Below, in pieces: positions 18,729 to 27,704 of a DNA stretch of 64,000 nucleotides. The position numbers and the translations under genes were made by a program. The stretch's first letter is position 1. Each line of letters opens with the position of its first letter. Below the pieces are notes generated by a model. It worked only from the letters and a program-made list of their open reading frames with translations. It did not search any database and was not told the origin of the DNA. This DNA is from Parcubacteria group bacterium (lineage in GTDB: Bacteria > Patescibacteriota > Patescibacteriia > UBA9934 > GWF2-40-263): the NCBI GenBank assembly GCA_013204395.1, contig JABMNZ010000003.1, forward strand, positions 13,570 to 77,569, read 5' to 3'.

Positions 18729-19051
18729 ACCGGCTCACAAATGCCAACCTCTTCAATAAAATCAGTACAGACATGCTCTGCGGGACACTCTTCATCTGAT
18801 ACACACTCGCAATATTCTGCACAAACCGTCACGCACACATCCGCGTCCTGACCGCGACAAGCACTTCCACAATCATTCCAGGCCCCACCAGCATCCTGGC
18901 ACGAACCAGAAGTGAGTGCCCCAGCTTCAATAGGCCGCTCTTCAAGCAGGACTTCTTCGTCGACAACTATCTCAGCTGTAACAGGTGTCTCCGTGGCTGT
19001 ACAACCAGCGCCCAACAAAACCATCGCTAATATTAATCCTGACCACTTCAT
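18725..19051 (-). CDS. Small Cys-rich lipoprotein
   Basis: Lipobox LLGAGC followed by 11 Cys in about 80 aa (CQDAGGAWNDCGSACRGQDADVCVTVCAEYCECVSDEECPAEHVC). Confidence 0.5.
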   Translation of the reverse strand: MKWSGLILAMVLLGAGCTATETPVTAEIVVDEEVLLEERPIEAGALTSGSCQDAGGAWNDCGSACRGQDADVCVTVCAEYCECVSDEECPAEHVCTDFIEEVGICEPV

Positions 19052-20532
19052 AAGGAAGCATTTTCACGCATCCATCTCTGAAGCCTGTAAGTAGCAATCA
19101 CGTCATCTTCGTTATACTCCATAATCTTTTGGAGGATTTTAGGCTTCTTTGTCTTCAACCACTCCTCAAACCACATGACAGAGTTTGCCCCTGACGCATC
19201 CGAAGACCGCCAGGTGAAACCAATGTAATTGGCAATATCTTTCAAGGCGTAAAATGAGAGCGGAAAAATCACGGCTGGACGCACCACATTTAAGATATCA
19301 ATCATATTACGCTCAAGGGCTTCACGAGCAATCTCGCTAATGCCATAGCGTAAGGCAAACCGTTGAACCACTTCATGCTCAAACCATCCGTAGTGATAAA
19401 TAGGTGCATCAAGATGTCTTTCAACAAACTCCACAAATTCCGCCCACATCTCCCCTTCTTGCTCGGGACTCTCTGCAAAAAATGAATGATAAGTCTGCTG
19501 TCCCTTTTCAACAACCAAAACTCCAAATAAATAATCAAAATCACGCAACGGATCAGACTCGATGTCAAAAAAGACTTCAATGGACGCTTCGGGTAACTCC
19601 ACATTGGAACGAATCATGTGACGATTCTCCACAATAGAGATCGCCTGGTCCCGCATCGTCTCTAGTCTGCCAGTGCTAACATCTGGAACAATCAATTCAA
19701 GTTCCGATATGGTTTTCACCGCAAGCTGGCGAATGGTTTCAATACCGGCCGCTGAAAGGCGGCGCACTTCCTCGCGCCACACTCGATTCAAAAGCGACAG
19801 ATCATCACATCCCTCAGACTCATCGCGACATTCAGAAAACCACGGCGACTGCTTACATCCTGATGTCACAAAATGTGCCGGGCGCTTCCCCGCAATAATT
19901 TTTTCTATTTCCGTCAGAGTAAGTTCGTATTGACCCTCGAACTGCTCTATGTGATAAGGCATAACCTTATTCTCAGGATTTATCACATATCCCATCACCG
20001 GCTTTGTGTTTTGAATGCGCTCAAGCAGCTCAGCATAAAAACACCCTTGAAACTTATGATCATCGCGCAACTGACGCGTGCGTTTAATATCAGCAGCAAT
20101 ATAATAATAATCTCCAAAGCGAGAACGCCCCTCTACTTTCTCCAACATGTCAGGGTGCCCAACCCAATGCTTATCTACAAGTACCCCGTGATAGATCGAC
20201 TGGCGACCCTCTGCCATAAACGCGAGCGTCTGATTAAACGCCTCCTCTGGATCCTCTGCCGTCACCTCGACCAAATCCTCCCGATCAGAAATCAGATCTC
20301 GTTCCTTACCTTCAATCATTCCATCATTCTGAAGCTTGTGCATAAGCGCCTGATGCGGACGTGCCTCATCTACATGCACATCAAAATAGACCCAGTTTGG
20401 GCACTTAAGATATTGATAAAACGTTCGCTCTGTAATTTGTCCTTTCATGAACTTATTATAACAAAGGCTACCAGCAAGGCCCAGGCCAAGGTGCAAAAAA
20501 CCTAGGCGGGTCGGAAGCTTAGCTTCCGACAT
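19048..20532 (-). CDS. Putative RecB-family nuclease (TM0106-like): Cas4-like nuclease N-domain plus DnaQ-like exonuclease C-domain
   Basis: 494 aa. The C-terminal domain has an FDIESDP Exo-I-like motif and YHYGWFEHEV. The N-terminal region has Cys and acidic residues consistent with a PD-(D/E)xK / Cas4-like fold. Confidence 0.45.
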   Translation of the reverse strand: MSEAKLPTRLGFLHLGLGLAGSLCYNKFMKGQITERTFYQYLKCPNWVYFDVHVDEARPHQALMHKLQNDGMIEGKERDLISDREDLVEVTAEDPEEAFNQTLAFMAEGRQSIYHGVLVDKHWVGHPDMLEKVEGRSRFGDYYYIAADIKRTRQLRDDHKFQGCFYAELLERIQNTKPVMGYVINPENKVMPYHIEQFEGQYELTLTEIEKIIAGKRPAHFVTSGCKQSPWFSECRDESEGCDDLSLLNRVWREEVRRLSAAGIETIRQLAVKTISELELIVPDVSTGRLETMRDQAISIVENRHMIRSNVELPEASIEVFFDIESDPLRDFDYLFGVLVVEKGQQTYHSFFAESPEQEGEMWAEFVEFVERHLDAPIYHYGWFEHEVVQRFALRYGISEIAREALERNMIDILNVVRPAVIFPLSFYALKDIANYIGFTWRSSDASGANSVMWFEEWLKTKKPKILQKIMEYNEDDVIATYRLQRWMRENASL

Positions 20533-20573
20533 TGCGACTTTATTTCAAATAATCAGCTTAAAACAAAAATCAT

Positions 20574-20640
20574 GCATTCAATGCACGATTCGTGACTCAA
20601 CCCAGTATCAATTGTTGCATTCAATGCACAGGTTGGTCAG
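20574..20640. promoter_or_regulatory. Pair of 13-bp palindromes tgcattcaatgca (20574-20586 and 20628-20640) in a divergent intergenic region, plus TTGACA -35 at 20676
   Basis: Two identical perfect palindromes 54 bp apart, upstream of the GC-rich ORF and divergent from the RecB-like gene. A gtttcattgaca box at 20670-20681 is shared with the 42466-42477 promoter. Confidence 0.45.
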
Positions 20641-20722
20641 CAGGTTTGTACAGATTTTTGCGACGTTGTTTCATTGACATGACCTCTCTCCTATGGCTTA
20701 CTTCCCTCGGAATGGAGAAAAG

Positions 20723-22162
20723 ATGAAACCCAACCCAAGAGACCGAGCCTTCCTCATGGCCCTGGATTCGATGAATGATCCCCACCTCCCGTGGGGACTG
20801 CGATTCTCCATTTTGCAGGACGATATTCCGGAAGGATACTTCGTCCGAAATGGTCACAGCGAATTCATGCGCCATTTCTGGGCAACGCTCTCACTCGCAC
20901 TCCCTGGCTCTGCACTGGAAATGCGTCTATTTGAGAAGCTCTCGCTGCCAAACATGGGTGCAGTTCCAACCTGGATCTCCGTGTGCGGACCCACGAGCTG
21001 GCCGGTGTTCTGGGTACACGTCATCCTGCGCAGCGATGCGCGGGGAGGAATTCACACCCTGGCCGTGCAGCGTCTACGCACCGTGACCGGAGGTACCGCC
21101 GAGCTTTGCACCGCCGCAACAGAACTCGCCAGACAAGACGGCAACGAGCAGCTCGTCGCACGACTGCGCACTGAGGCCATAGAAGTCGCAACAGACTGGT
21201 GGGAATGGAAGTTGATCATCGGCATGGAAACGGACGTGAGCGCGGATGCCCGCGTCAAAGCCCTCCAGCAACTTCGAGAGCTTCCAGTGGAGCGTGACGG
21301 GCTCGAACCATCCCTCAGCACAGCCGATCCAGAAGTCAGGCTGATCGTGATCGATCGTCTGCTCGAGACCTTCCCCGAGCGACCGGACCTCTGGCGGAGG
21401 CGATTCCTGACGGTTAGTCCGCCTGATGAACGCTACCAATGCTGGATCAAGTTCCTGTCGGTGACCCCCCCAGCCCATGAGCTGACAACCGTTCTGTTCC
21501 ACGTCTGGAACAACAAGCCAGAGCGCGCACGGTGCCTGGAGGCCATCGAACACCTCGATGCACAATGCCCTGCGTGGATCTATGCGCACTCTGCCAGCTA
21601 CGGAGCGCCCCACGATGACCCCAAGCTTCACTCCATCAGAGAGGTGATCTGGCAACGGATCTTCGCCACGGCACAGTCCTGCCATGACTGGTGCCAGTTG
21701 ACCAGGTTCATGAGAAGGCGCCACGAACAAGGCCACCCTCTCGTGAACGAAGCTTTCGAGAAGGCCCTAGATCTGGCCGAAAACTTCGAAGAGCTCTCGG
21801 ACGTGTACAGCCTCTGCCTGCATGAAGTGGCAGATGGCCATCATCGGCGAACCGAACACGACCCAGCGCGCGCACAGGTCATCCAAGGACTCCTTGTTCG
21901 GATGGAAGAGATTGGAGCCTTTTGGGACTACTGGAACGGACATCATCTACTGATGTCCGACAGGCTCTCCAGGATCGTTTGCTTGGCCAGCACCCCGTCA
22001 CAGATGGGGTTGGTCTACAACAGGCACTTCCAACTGCCTTACCAACGTGATGACAATCGAGAGCTCTACGACGAGCTTCTGCGACGCATGCACGCTGCTG
22101 GGCCCTCGTTGGTCACCAGCTTCCTTCCCAAACCAGCAACCGAGGCTCAACCCCGAACCTAA
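20723..22162 (+). CDS. GC-rich hypothetical protein
   Basis: The start was trimmed to MKPNPRDRAF with a ggagaaaag RBS. It is about 480 aa, helical, and rich in Arg/Leu/Trp with Leu-rich repeat-like segments. Codon usage is distinct from its neighbours. No family recognised. Confidence 0.5.
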   Translation: MKPNPRDRAFLMALDSMNDPHLPWGLRFSILQDDIPEGYFVRNGHSEFMRHFWATLSLALPGSALEMRLFEKLSLPNMGAVPTWISVCGPTSWPVFWVHVILRSDARGGIHTLAVQRLRTVTGGTAELCTAATELARQDGNEQLVARLRTEAIEVATDWWEWKLIIGMETDVSADARVKALQQLRELPVERDGLEPSLSTADPEVRLIVIDRLLETFPERPDLWRRRFLTVSPPDERYQCWIKFLSVTPPAHELTTVLFHVWNNKPERARCLEAIEHLDAQCPAWIYAHSASYGAPHDDPKLHSIREVIWQRIFATAQSCHDWCQLTRFMRRRHEQGHPLVNEAFEKALDLAENFEELSDVYSLCLHEVADGHHRRTEHDPARAQVIQGLLVRMEEIGAFWDYWNGHHLLMSDRLSRIVCLASTPSQMGLVYNRHFQLPYQRDDNRELYDELLRRMHAAGPSLVTSFLPKPATEAQPRT

Positions 22163-22185
22163 CGCCGACCTCTCCTTAGAGGTCT

Positions 22186-22212
22186 CCCCGCCAACGCAGG
22201 CGGGTTTTTTCT
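22186..22212 (+). terminator. Rho-independent terminator
   Basis: cccgcc-aacgca-ggcggg followed by ttttttctt. Confidence 0.75.
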
Positions 22213-22280
22213 TACAAAAAAATCACGGGCTCGATGCCCATGATTTTTCCTTCACCACCCCCACCTCCCTGGGTCCACCC

Positions 22281-22360
22281 CGGCGACTCAGACAGCGGAA
22301 CAACTTTGAGTCGGCAATATGCGACCGATCTCACAAGTTCGTTCCGATGGCTGAGGTCGC
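22281..22360. repeat. Palindromic MITE/REP-like element, copy A
   Basis: ggcgactcagacagcGGAACAACTTTGAGTCGGCAATATGCGACCGATCTCACAAGTTCGTTCCgatggctgaggtcgcc. The core is 85-95% identical to copies at 28086, 29268, 31476 and 37928, and it folds as a long imperfect hairpin. Confidence 0.8.
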
Positions 22361-22384
22361 CCAATCATAGAGAGAAAGTCAGTC

Positions 22385-23512
22385 TCATCGATAATCAGCC
22401 GGCTCATAAACATTACGAGCATTCCAAAGAATCCACCCACCAGCACCTGCGTCACGAGCCGCCCTAATTTGCGACTCGATCAACTCCGCCGTGTAGTACG
22501 CTCCGATATCAAAGTCCTGTAACCAAGGCCGTGATTTTGCACGCAAATCTTCTTCCGTTCCAGACCAAACTCCTGCGATAAGATCGGCTCCTTCATCTAG
22601 CGACATTTTCACAATCTCATAAGGGTTCTCTGCTGGATTTGCGTACCCCTTGAATCCATTTGGATAATGACTTGGATACACCATAGGTGAAATCCAATCT
22701 GCGTACGGCAGGGCGTCCACAAACCGCTGACCAATATTAAAATCATCGTAAGACCAATACGTCATCCCAAATAAATCGAATGACACGGGTACCTGTTGAT
22801 CACGTAACGTTCCCCCTACTTTTTTGAAAAACTCCTGCATGACTTCCTCCTTACTCCTTACCCCGTCATACACGGGGTAAACAATCGCATGGACGGCCCC
22901 ATCAGAAGCAAAACGAACGTAATCAAACTGAATCTCATCGAATCCGGCTGCGTACAGTTCTAATCCTAAATCGATTGCGTAGTCAGCCACCTCTGGTGCT
23001 GCCGGGTCCACCCAAACAGACCCAATGCTGTCGAGCCAAAATGCACCCGAAGCTGTTCGCATGGCAATCTCAGGATGGGCATAAGCAAAAGCCCCGTCAC
23101 GCATAACAGCCACACGAGCAATACGATACACGTCCGCCTCATATAACTTATCAAGTACATCTTCAAATTTTTCTATATCAATTAACTCGCCGTCATCCAT
23201 CTTTACATCGATAACCACTGAGTTAAGTCCTGTTTCCAACATATAAGCCAGCAGTTGGTCTGCACGATGTGATCTGGCGGTATATGCCGTCCAATATATC
23301 CCCCGAACCTCATCTGGAGTGCTTATATGAATATCCTCCTCTTGTTCAACCTCATCGAGACCGAGCTCAGGGATTTCCACCTCGCCACTTTGCACAGGAA
23401 CATCCTCAGAAAATTCTTCAACATCGACATAGAATCCAACAACAAACGGAATCGCTACAAGTGCAACTAAAAACACAGGCACCCCTACGGCAATCCTGTG
23501 TTTTCTTTCCAT
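22385..23512 (-). CDS. Membrane-anchored TIM-barrel glycoside-hydrolase-like protein (DUF4015-like)
   Basis: N-terminal TM segment, then IYWTAYTARS...NSVVIDVKMDDGEL..., typical of putative GH-like DUF4015 proteins. The assignment is from memory. Confidence 0.4.
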   Translation of the reverse strand: MERKHRIAVGVPVFLVALVAIPFVVGFYVDVEEFSEDVPVQSGEVEIPELGLDEVEQEEDIHISTPDEVRGIYWTAYTARSHRADQLLAYMLETGLNSVVIDVKMDDGELIDIEKFEDVLDKLYEADVYRIARVAVMRDGAFAYAHPEIAMRTASGAFWLDSIGSVWVDPAAPEVADYAIDLGLELYAAGFDEIQFDYVRFASDGAVHAIVYPVYDGVRSKEEVMQEFFKKVGGTLRDQQVPVSFDLFGMTYWSYDDFNIGQRFVDALPYADWISPMVYPSHYPNGFKGYANPAENPYEIVKMSLDEGADLIAGVWSGTEEDLRAKSRPWLQDFDIGAYYTAELIESQIRAARDAGAGGWILWNARNVYEPADYR

Positions 23513-23513
23513 A

Positions 23514-24119
23514 TTATTGTTTGTCTTCCACCGCGACAGTTGTCATGGTGTCTCCAATGGCGATTGCGTCCACAACTTCCAATCCTTCTGTCACGCGTCC
23601 AAAGATTGTATAGGCCTTTGGCAATGGCACATCGCCCAACATAATGAAGAACTGAGAACCATTGGTATTAGGACCAGCATTGGCCATAGCCACTATCCCG
23701 CGCTCGTATTGATAATTATCTTTCAGCTCGTCTTCAAACCTGTATCCAGGACCACCTGATCCTGTTCCATTTGGATCCCCTCCCTGAATCACGAAACCTT
23801 CTTCGCGACGATGAAAGGTTAGACCATTGTAGTATCCACCTTCTGTGAGATACACAAAGTTGGAGACGGTTAATGGCGCTGTATCAGCAAAGAGCTCAAA
23901 AACAATGTCGCCCTTTTCTGTACTTAGCCGAATCTGCTTGTTTTCTATTTTCTCCCCCTCGAGCGCTCCTTGGAACGCCCATGCCTCTGACACGGTTTCT
24001 TCTACCACAACTTCTTGATCATTAATGATTATTACTTCCGCTTCCTCCGGAACTGATGTACACCCTCCACCCGCTAGCACCACAACGGCAGCCAGCGACA
24101 CAAGAACAAATCGTTTCAT
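23514..24119 (-). CDS. ppiB: Cyclophilin-type peptidyl-prolyl cis-trans isomerase, lipoprotein
   Basis: FHRREEGFVIQGGDP...GPNTNGSQFFIMLGDVPLPKAYTIFGRV cyclophilin motifs, with an N-terminal LAGGGC lipobox. Confidence 0.85.
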   Translation of the reverse strand: MKRFVLVSLAAVVVLAGGGCTSVPEEAEVIIINDQEVVVEETVSEAWAFQGALEGEKIENKQIRLSTEKGDIVFELFADTAPLTVSNFVYLTEGGYYNGLTFHRREEGFVIQGGDPNGTGSGGPGYRFEDELKDNYQYERGIVAMANAGPNTNGSQFFIMLGDVPLPKAYTIFGRVTEGLEVVDAIAIGDTMTTVAVEDKQ

Positions 24120-24133
24120 ACTTAGCGTCTAAG

Positions 24134-24724
24134 TTAATTCAGATAAGAGCGCCCAGCTTGGATAATATCAGCTAAACCAAGTTGAGCAATTGCTGTATCC
24201 AAGGACGGCCCCCCGAAGATTACGACCACAGATAGGATAGCGATCACGAATGACAGCACGCCTACAAGCTTTCCAACTTTCATTGGCATGTGGTCACAGT
24301 TGCGACAAGTTCCAATGTAAACGATCTTTCGTAATACTTCAACTGGCTTGTCGTTGGAGGTTAATTTTGTTTCGCTAACCGCCATGACTGGCATATTGTT
24401 CTCCAATGCCTCTTCAATAACCTGATCGACAACAGCCTCTACATCAATTTTTTCTTTTGCAATTGACTTTGATACAACAGCCTTCTTTTTAGCTACTGTC
24501 TTTTTCTTTGCCGGAGCCTTCTTCTTGGCAACAGTCTTTTTAACAACCACCTTCTTTTTAGGTGCAGCTTTTCCGGCGGAGCCGGATCCCGCTGTGCGGG
24601 GCTTTTTTGCTACGGCTGGTTTTTTAGCCGAGCGCTTTTTTGCAGCTGGCTTTCCGGCGGAGCCGGACCTGGCTACGCCTGGCTTTTTTGCCGCCGCTTT
24701 GGGAGCCTTCTTTTTTGTAGGCAT
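24134..24724 (-). CDS. Lysine/alanine-rich histone-H1-like protein with a C-terminal TM anchor
   Basis: AKKPGVARSGSAGKPAAKKRSAKKPAVAKKPRTAGSGSAGKAAPKKKVVVKKTVAKKKAPAKKK, then a hydrophobic C-terminus (LVGVLSFVIAILSVVVIFG). It contains two copies of the ccggcggagccgga motif, each encoding GSGSAG. Confidence 0.5.
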   Translation of the reverse strand: MPTKKKAPKAAAKKPGVARSGSAGKPAAKKRSAKKPAVAKKPRTAGSGSAGKAAPKKKVVVKKTVAKKKAPAKKKTVAKKKAVVSKSIAKEKIDVEAVVDQVIEEALENNMPVMAVSETKLTSNDKPVEVLRKIVYIGTCRNCDHMPMKVGKLVGVLSFVIAILSVVVIFGGPSLDTAIAQLGLADIIQAGRSYLN

Positions 24725-24783
24725 AAGAGTGCTCTCTCGAGTTACCCCGAGAAATAATGAACGATTAAAAAATATTATTTCCA

Positions 24784-25239
24784 TTATAGCACACGGCTCA
24801 CCGGCACCACTAATGTTGAGCCGGAAAACTCGATCTGTGCGCTCACAGATCCACTCGTGAGATCAAAGTTCGTTGCCAGTGGCAGCCATGTAAGTGTGTT
24901 TCGATTGAATTGATACAGCACCACTTCTGTTACATCCACACTCTCATCAATAAAAAATGTAAGTTCACCCCGCTCAAGTTGACCACTATCAAGTATGAGT
25001 TCATATGCCGGTCCAATCACACCATCTACGCCAACTTGCACATCCTTAAGTCGTTCGATTGTCACGTCAGCGGCACTACGAGTAAGTCCAGTGACCTGAA
25101 CCACCCCATCAGATGACCCAGCAACAAGTTGCTCGGGTGCTGATGACAAGAAAAAGAAAATGCTACCAAACAAAACCATCGCGACGACAATCGCGATGGA
25201 AGCCTGACCCTCTTTTTTCTTCCTCCCTACCATACCCAC
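24784..25239 (-). CDS. Small secreted or anchored hypothetical protein
   Basis: 151 aa with an N-terminal TM/signal segment (IAIVVAMVLFGSIFFFL). No family recognised. Confidence 0.4.
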   Translation of the reverse strand: MGMVGRKKKEGQASIAIVVAMVLFGSIFFFLSSAPEQLVAGSSDGVVQVTGLTRSAADVTIERLKDVQVGVDGVIGPAYELILDSGQLERGELTFFIDESVDVTEVVLYQFNRNTLTWLPLATNFDLTSGSVSAQIEFSGSTLVVPVSRVL

Positions 25240-25248
25240 CTATTATAC

Positions 25249-26316
25249 CTACTCTTCCCAAGGAAGTCCCGTTCGTCCAAAATGTCCGTATGTTGCTGTC
25301 GATTGATACACTGGTTTAAGAAGATCGAGCCTCTCAACAATCGCCTCGGGCCTAAAATCAAATTGCTGAGTAATCAGTTTAGTGAGATCTCCGGCGGAGC
25401 CGGACCCGGCTCCGCCGGGCATTTTTGCCCCCTTAGACTTCACACCAATACCAGAGGCATGGATATGCACGGGCTCAGCACGCCCCATGGAATACACCAA
25501 GTTAACCATGGCGGCTGATGCCAACTCTTGATCCACTATATAACGCGCTGCATAGCGAGCCATGTAAGCCCCTGCGCGATCCACCTTCCCAGGATTTTTT
25601 CCTGAAAATGAGCTGCCACCATGAGGAATTAACCCCCCATAAGTATCTACATTCGACTTGCGTCCATTCGCTCCTGAGTCCGCCTTGAATCCCGCCTCAG
25701 TAAATGAACCAATTGGATTGATAAGTAATTGAGTTCCATCTTCTCCCACAACAGGAATAAGCAAACGTTCCAAAAGTGCAGTCTGCACATCTTTTTCTGC
25801 AACACTCACTTGATGACTGGCACACACCGTGACCCCAGTAACTTTCTCACGCTCCATCACCACCTGAACTTTGCCATCTGGTTTGAGCCAAGAGAACATA
25901 GGATCTCCGCGACGCAGATCATCGAGTCTTCGCGCCAAAGCGTGTGCGTACACCACAGCGCGTGGCAAACGCTCGCGCGTTTCACTCGTAGCGTAACCAT
26001 TAATGATCATGTTGTCCGTTGCGCCGTTTTTCACGCGCTTCATTTCTTCGGACTGAGTCTCAATGTTTACGAAGACTTCTATGTCATCGTTGTAACCAAT
26101 GTCTTTGTAAATCTTCTGAGCAAGAGCTCCAAGATCAAAATCCGCTGTAGACGTCACCTCCCCACCTATCATCATCATGCCATGGCTTCCCATCACATTG
26201 AGATCCACCTGCGCCTGAGGGTCTCGACGCAAATACTCGTCCACAATGGCATCAGCGATTTGATCGCAAACTTTGTCTGGATGTCCCTGTGTAACTGATT
26301 CAACGGTCTTTTTCAT
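25249..26316 (-). CDS. metK: S-adenosylmethionine synthetase (bacterial type)
   Basis: ESVTQGHPDKVCDQIAD, GGGAFSGK-like GGSSFSGKNPGKVDRAGAYMARY, and ATYGHFGR C-terminal signatures. It carries an extra roughly 10-aa GGAGSGSAG insertion encoded by the 28-bp palindrome at 25391-25418. Confidence 0.9.
   Translation of the reverse strand: MKKTVESVTQGHPDKVCDQIADAIVDEYLRRDPQAQVDLNVMGSHGMMMIGGEVTSTADFDLGALAQKIYKDIGYNDDIEVFVNIETQSEEMKRVKNGATDNMIINGYATSETRERLPRAVVYAHALARRLDDLRRGDPMFSWLKPDGKVQVVMEREKVTGVTVCASHQVSVAEKDVQTALLERLLIPVVGEDGTQLLINPIGSFTEAGFKADSGANGRKSNVDTYGGLIPHGGSSFSGKNPGKVDRAGAYMARYAARYIVDQELASAAMVNLVYSMGRAEPVHIHASGIGVKSKGAKMPGGAGSGSAGDLTKLITQQFDFRPEAIVERLDLLKPVYQSTATYGHFGRTGLPWEE
25391..25418. 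repeat. Perfect 13-bp inverted repeat with a 2-bp spacer (ccggcggagccgg ac ccggctccgccgg) inside metK
   Basis: Exact palindrome. Its 14-nt half-site recurs at 24573-24586 and 24654-24667. Confidence 0.75.
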
Positions 26317-26410
26317 AGCGACCGCAGGTTATCAAAATCAGGCCTCTGAATCAACGGATAAGCTGTGCGGGACATGTTGACAAGTAATAAACAAAGGAGT
26401 CAAATATCGA

Positions 26411-27007
26411 TTGCATTCCTCCTGCGACATGGAAAGGCCATTGAACGTGACGAATTCCGAAGCTGCTCCCCCATTCCTGACTAGAACCGAAGCCTTCGAC
26501 CGCTCGGAGTACGAACCCTTCTACCTGGTGATTGGCATCATCTGCTTTACCATGGGCATCGCAGCCTTGCTGCAAGTTGGACTATTCACAGGTACAACCA
26601 ACCTGATCAAGTGGGCAACAGGTATCAGTGCACTTGTGAGCGCGGTTCTCCTGCTGAGCAAGGCTGTCTGGTCCTGGTACACCGGCAAACACCTGGCTTA
26701 CAAGATCTTCGTCTTACTCTGCCAAGAGAAAGATCTGCTTGGACAGGGCAACATCCTCCAAGCGTCACTCGATCAAATCGTGATGCTTCGAAAGGTACTG
26801 AGCAAGCACCAAACGAACATGACATACGAACAGAACATGCACTTGCTCGGCGAAGTCACTCTCTTCGAGGTTGAGTGCCAAGTCATCAGGGCAAAGCTCC
26901 ACGCAGAGCAAGCCGCCCGGCTACAACAGGCATTCAAGGCAAGTAGACACGACCCACCTTGGGTGAACTTCACTGACACGGCCAAACAGGCATCTGTGAG
27001 CGTCTAG
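26411..27007 (+). CDS. GC-rich small membrane protein, paralogue 1 of 3
   Basis: 2-3 TM helices followed by a helical C-terminus LLGQGNILQASLDQIVMLRKVL...AKLHAEQAARLQQAFKA. It is similar to the 27108 ORF (LLKRGDALLMQQRSLVAQERVL...AQLEAQMARH...LLRQAFKAAG). The start may be the MERPLN at 26429. Confidence 0.5.
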   Translation: MHSSCDMERPLNVTNSEAAPPFLTRTEAFDRSEYEPFYLVIGIICFTMGIAALLQVGLFTGTTNLIKWATGISALVSAVLLLSKAVWSWYTGKHLAYKIFVLLCQEKDLLGQGNILQASLDQIVMLRKVLSKHQTNMTYEQNMHLLGEVTLFEVECQVIRAKLHAEQAARLQQAFKASRHDPPWVNFTDTAKQASVSV

Positions 27008-27013
27008 CTCACC

Positions 27014-27042
27014 ACGACCCCGACACGGAGGGTCTTTTTTCT
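27014..27042 (+). terminator. Rho-independent terminator
   Basis: gaccc-cgacacgga-gggtc followed by ttttttc. Confidence 0.7.
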
Positions 27043-27107
27043 TTGACAAATTAAGCCCATGAGAGTGAAGTGCCCGCGACGCACCTAAACGCGGCAGAAA
27101 GGCCACT

Positions 27108-27647
27108 ATGTCTGAGAGTCTCCCCCTGCAGTCCTTCACCACCTTCACCTCCGAAACAGAGATGAAGGCCCGTTACAACTGGGACTTCTTGATGTTTGCC
27201 GCGCTCATGCCACTGCTCTCAGGTCTGTTCTACGCGACAGCCAGAGACACTGGAAGCTTCAACTCGGAGATCCTCCTCATCTCCATTCCGTTGATGGCCA
27301 TCCCGTTCTTCTTGGCGGCAGCGCTGTGGGTTTTCTTGCGAGGAGACCATCATCAGTACAGCACGTTCGTCGAACTGTGCCAGCCTGACAATCTCCTGAA
27401 AAGAGGTGATGCACTGCTCATGCAGCAGAGAAGTCTCGTGGCACAAGAGAGGGTCTTGACCCTGCTGGAAGAAGGCTACGGCCCCAGTCAAGAGTTGACT
27501 GAAGCACGTGCTCAACTGGAAGCACAGATGGCCCGCCACGCAACTCGCGTCACGGAACTCGCTCGTCAGCAGGACTATCTCCTGCGACAAGCGTTCAAAG
27601 CAGCTGGCAAGAACCCACGGTTCCTGAGAGAGCCAACGCCAACGTGA
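27108..27647 (+). CDS. GC-rich small membrane protein, paralogue 2
   Basis: 179 aa with TM helices in the N-terminal half. The C-terminal helical domain is homologous to the 26411 ORF. It is preceded by a TTGACA box at 27043 and ggcagaaagg 8 nt before the ATG. Confidence 0.5.
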   Translation: MSESLPLQSFTTFTSETEMKARYNWDFLMFAALMPLLSGLFYATARDTGSFNSEILLISIPLMAIPFFLAAALWVFLRGDHHQYSTFVELCQPDNLLKRGDALLMQQRSLVAQERVLTLLEEGYGPSQELTEARAQLEAQMARHATRVTELARQQDYLLRQAFKAAGKNPRFLREPTPT

Positions 27648-27704
27648 ACACCTGGTCACAAGCCTGACCAACACTGACCCCGAACAGACACAGAAAGGCA
27701 CCCC

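Noticed and set aside
22234-22467. ORF 22234..22467 and ORFs 29254..29580 and 29304..29609, which span palindromic repeat copies
   Set aside because: These frames run through the MITE-like repeats and terminators, and their products are Pro/Ser/Thr/Arg-rich low-complexity sequence. They are not considered genes.
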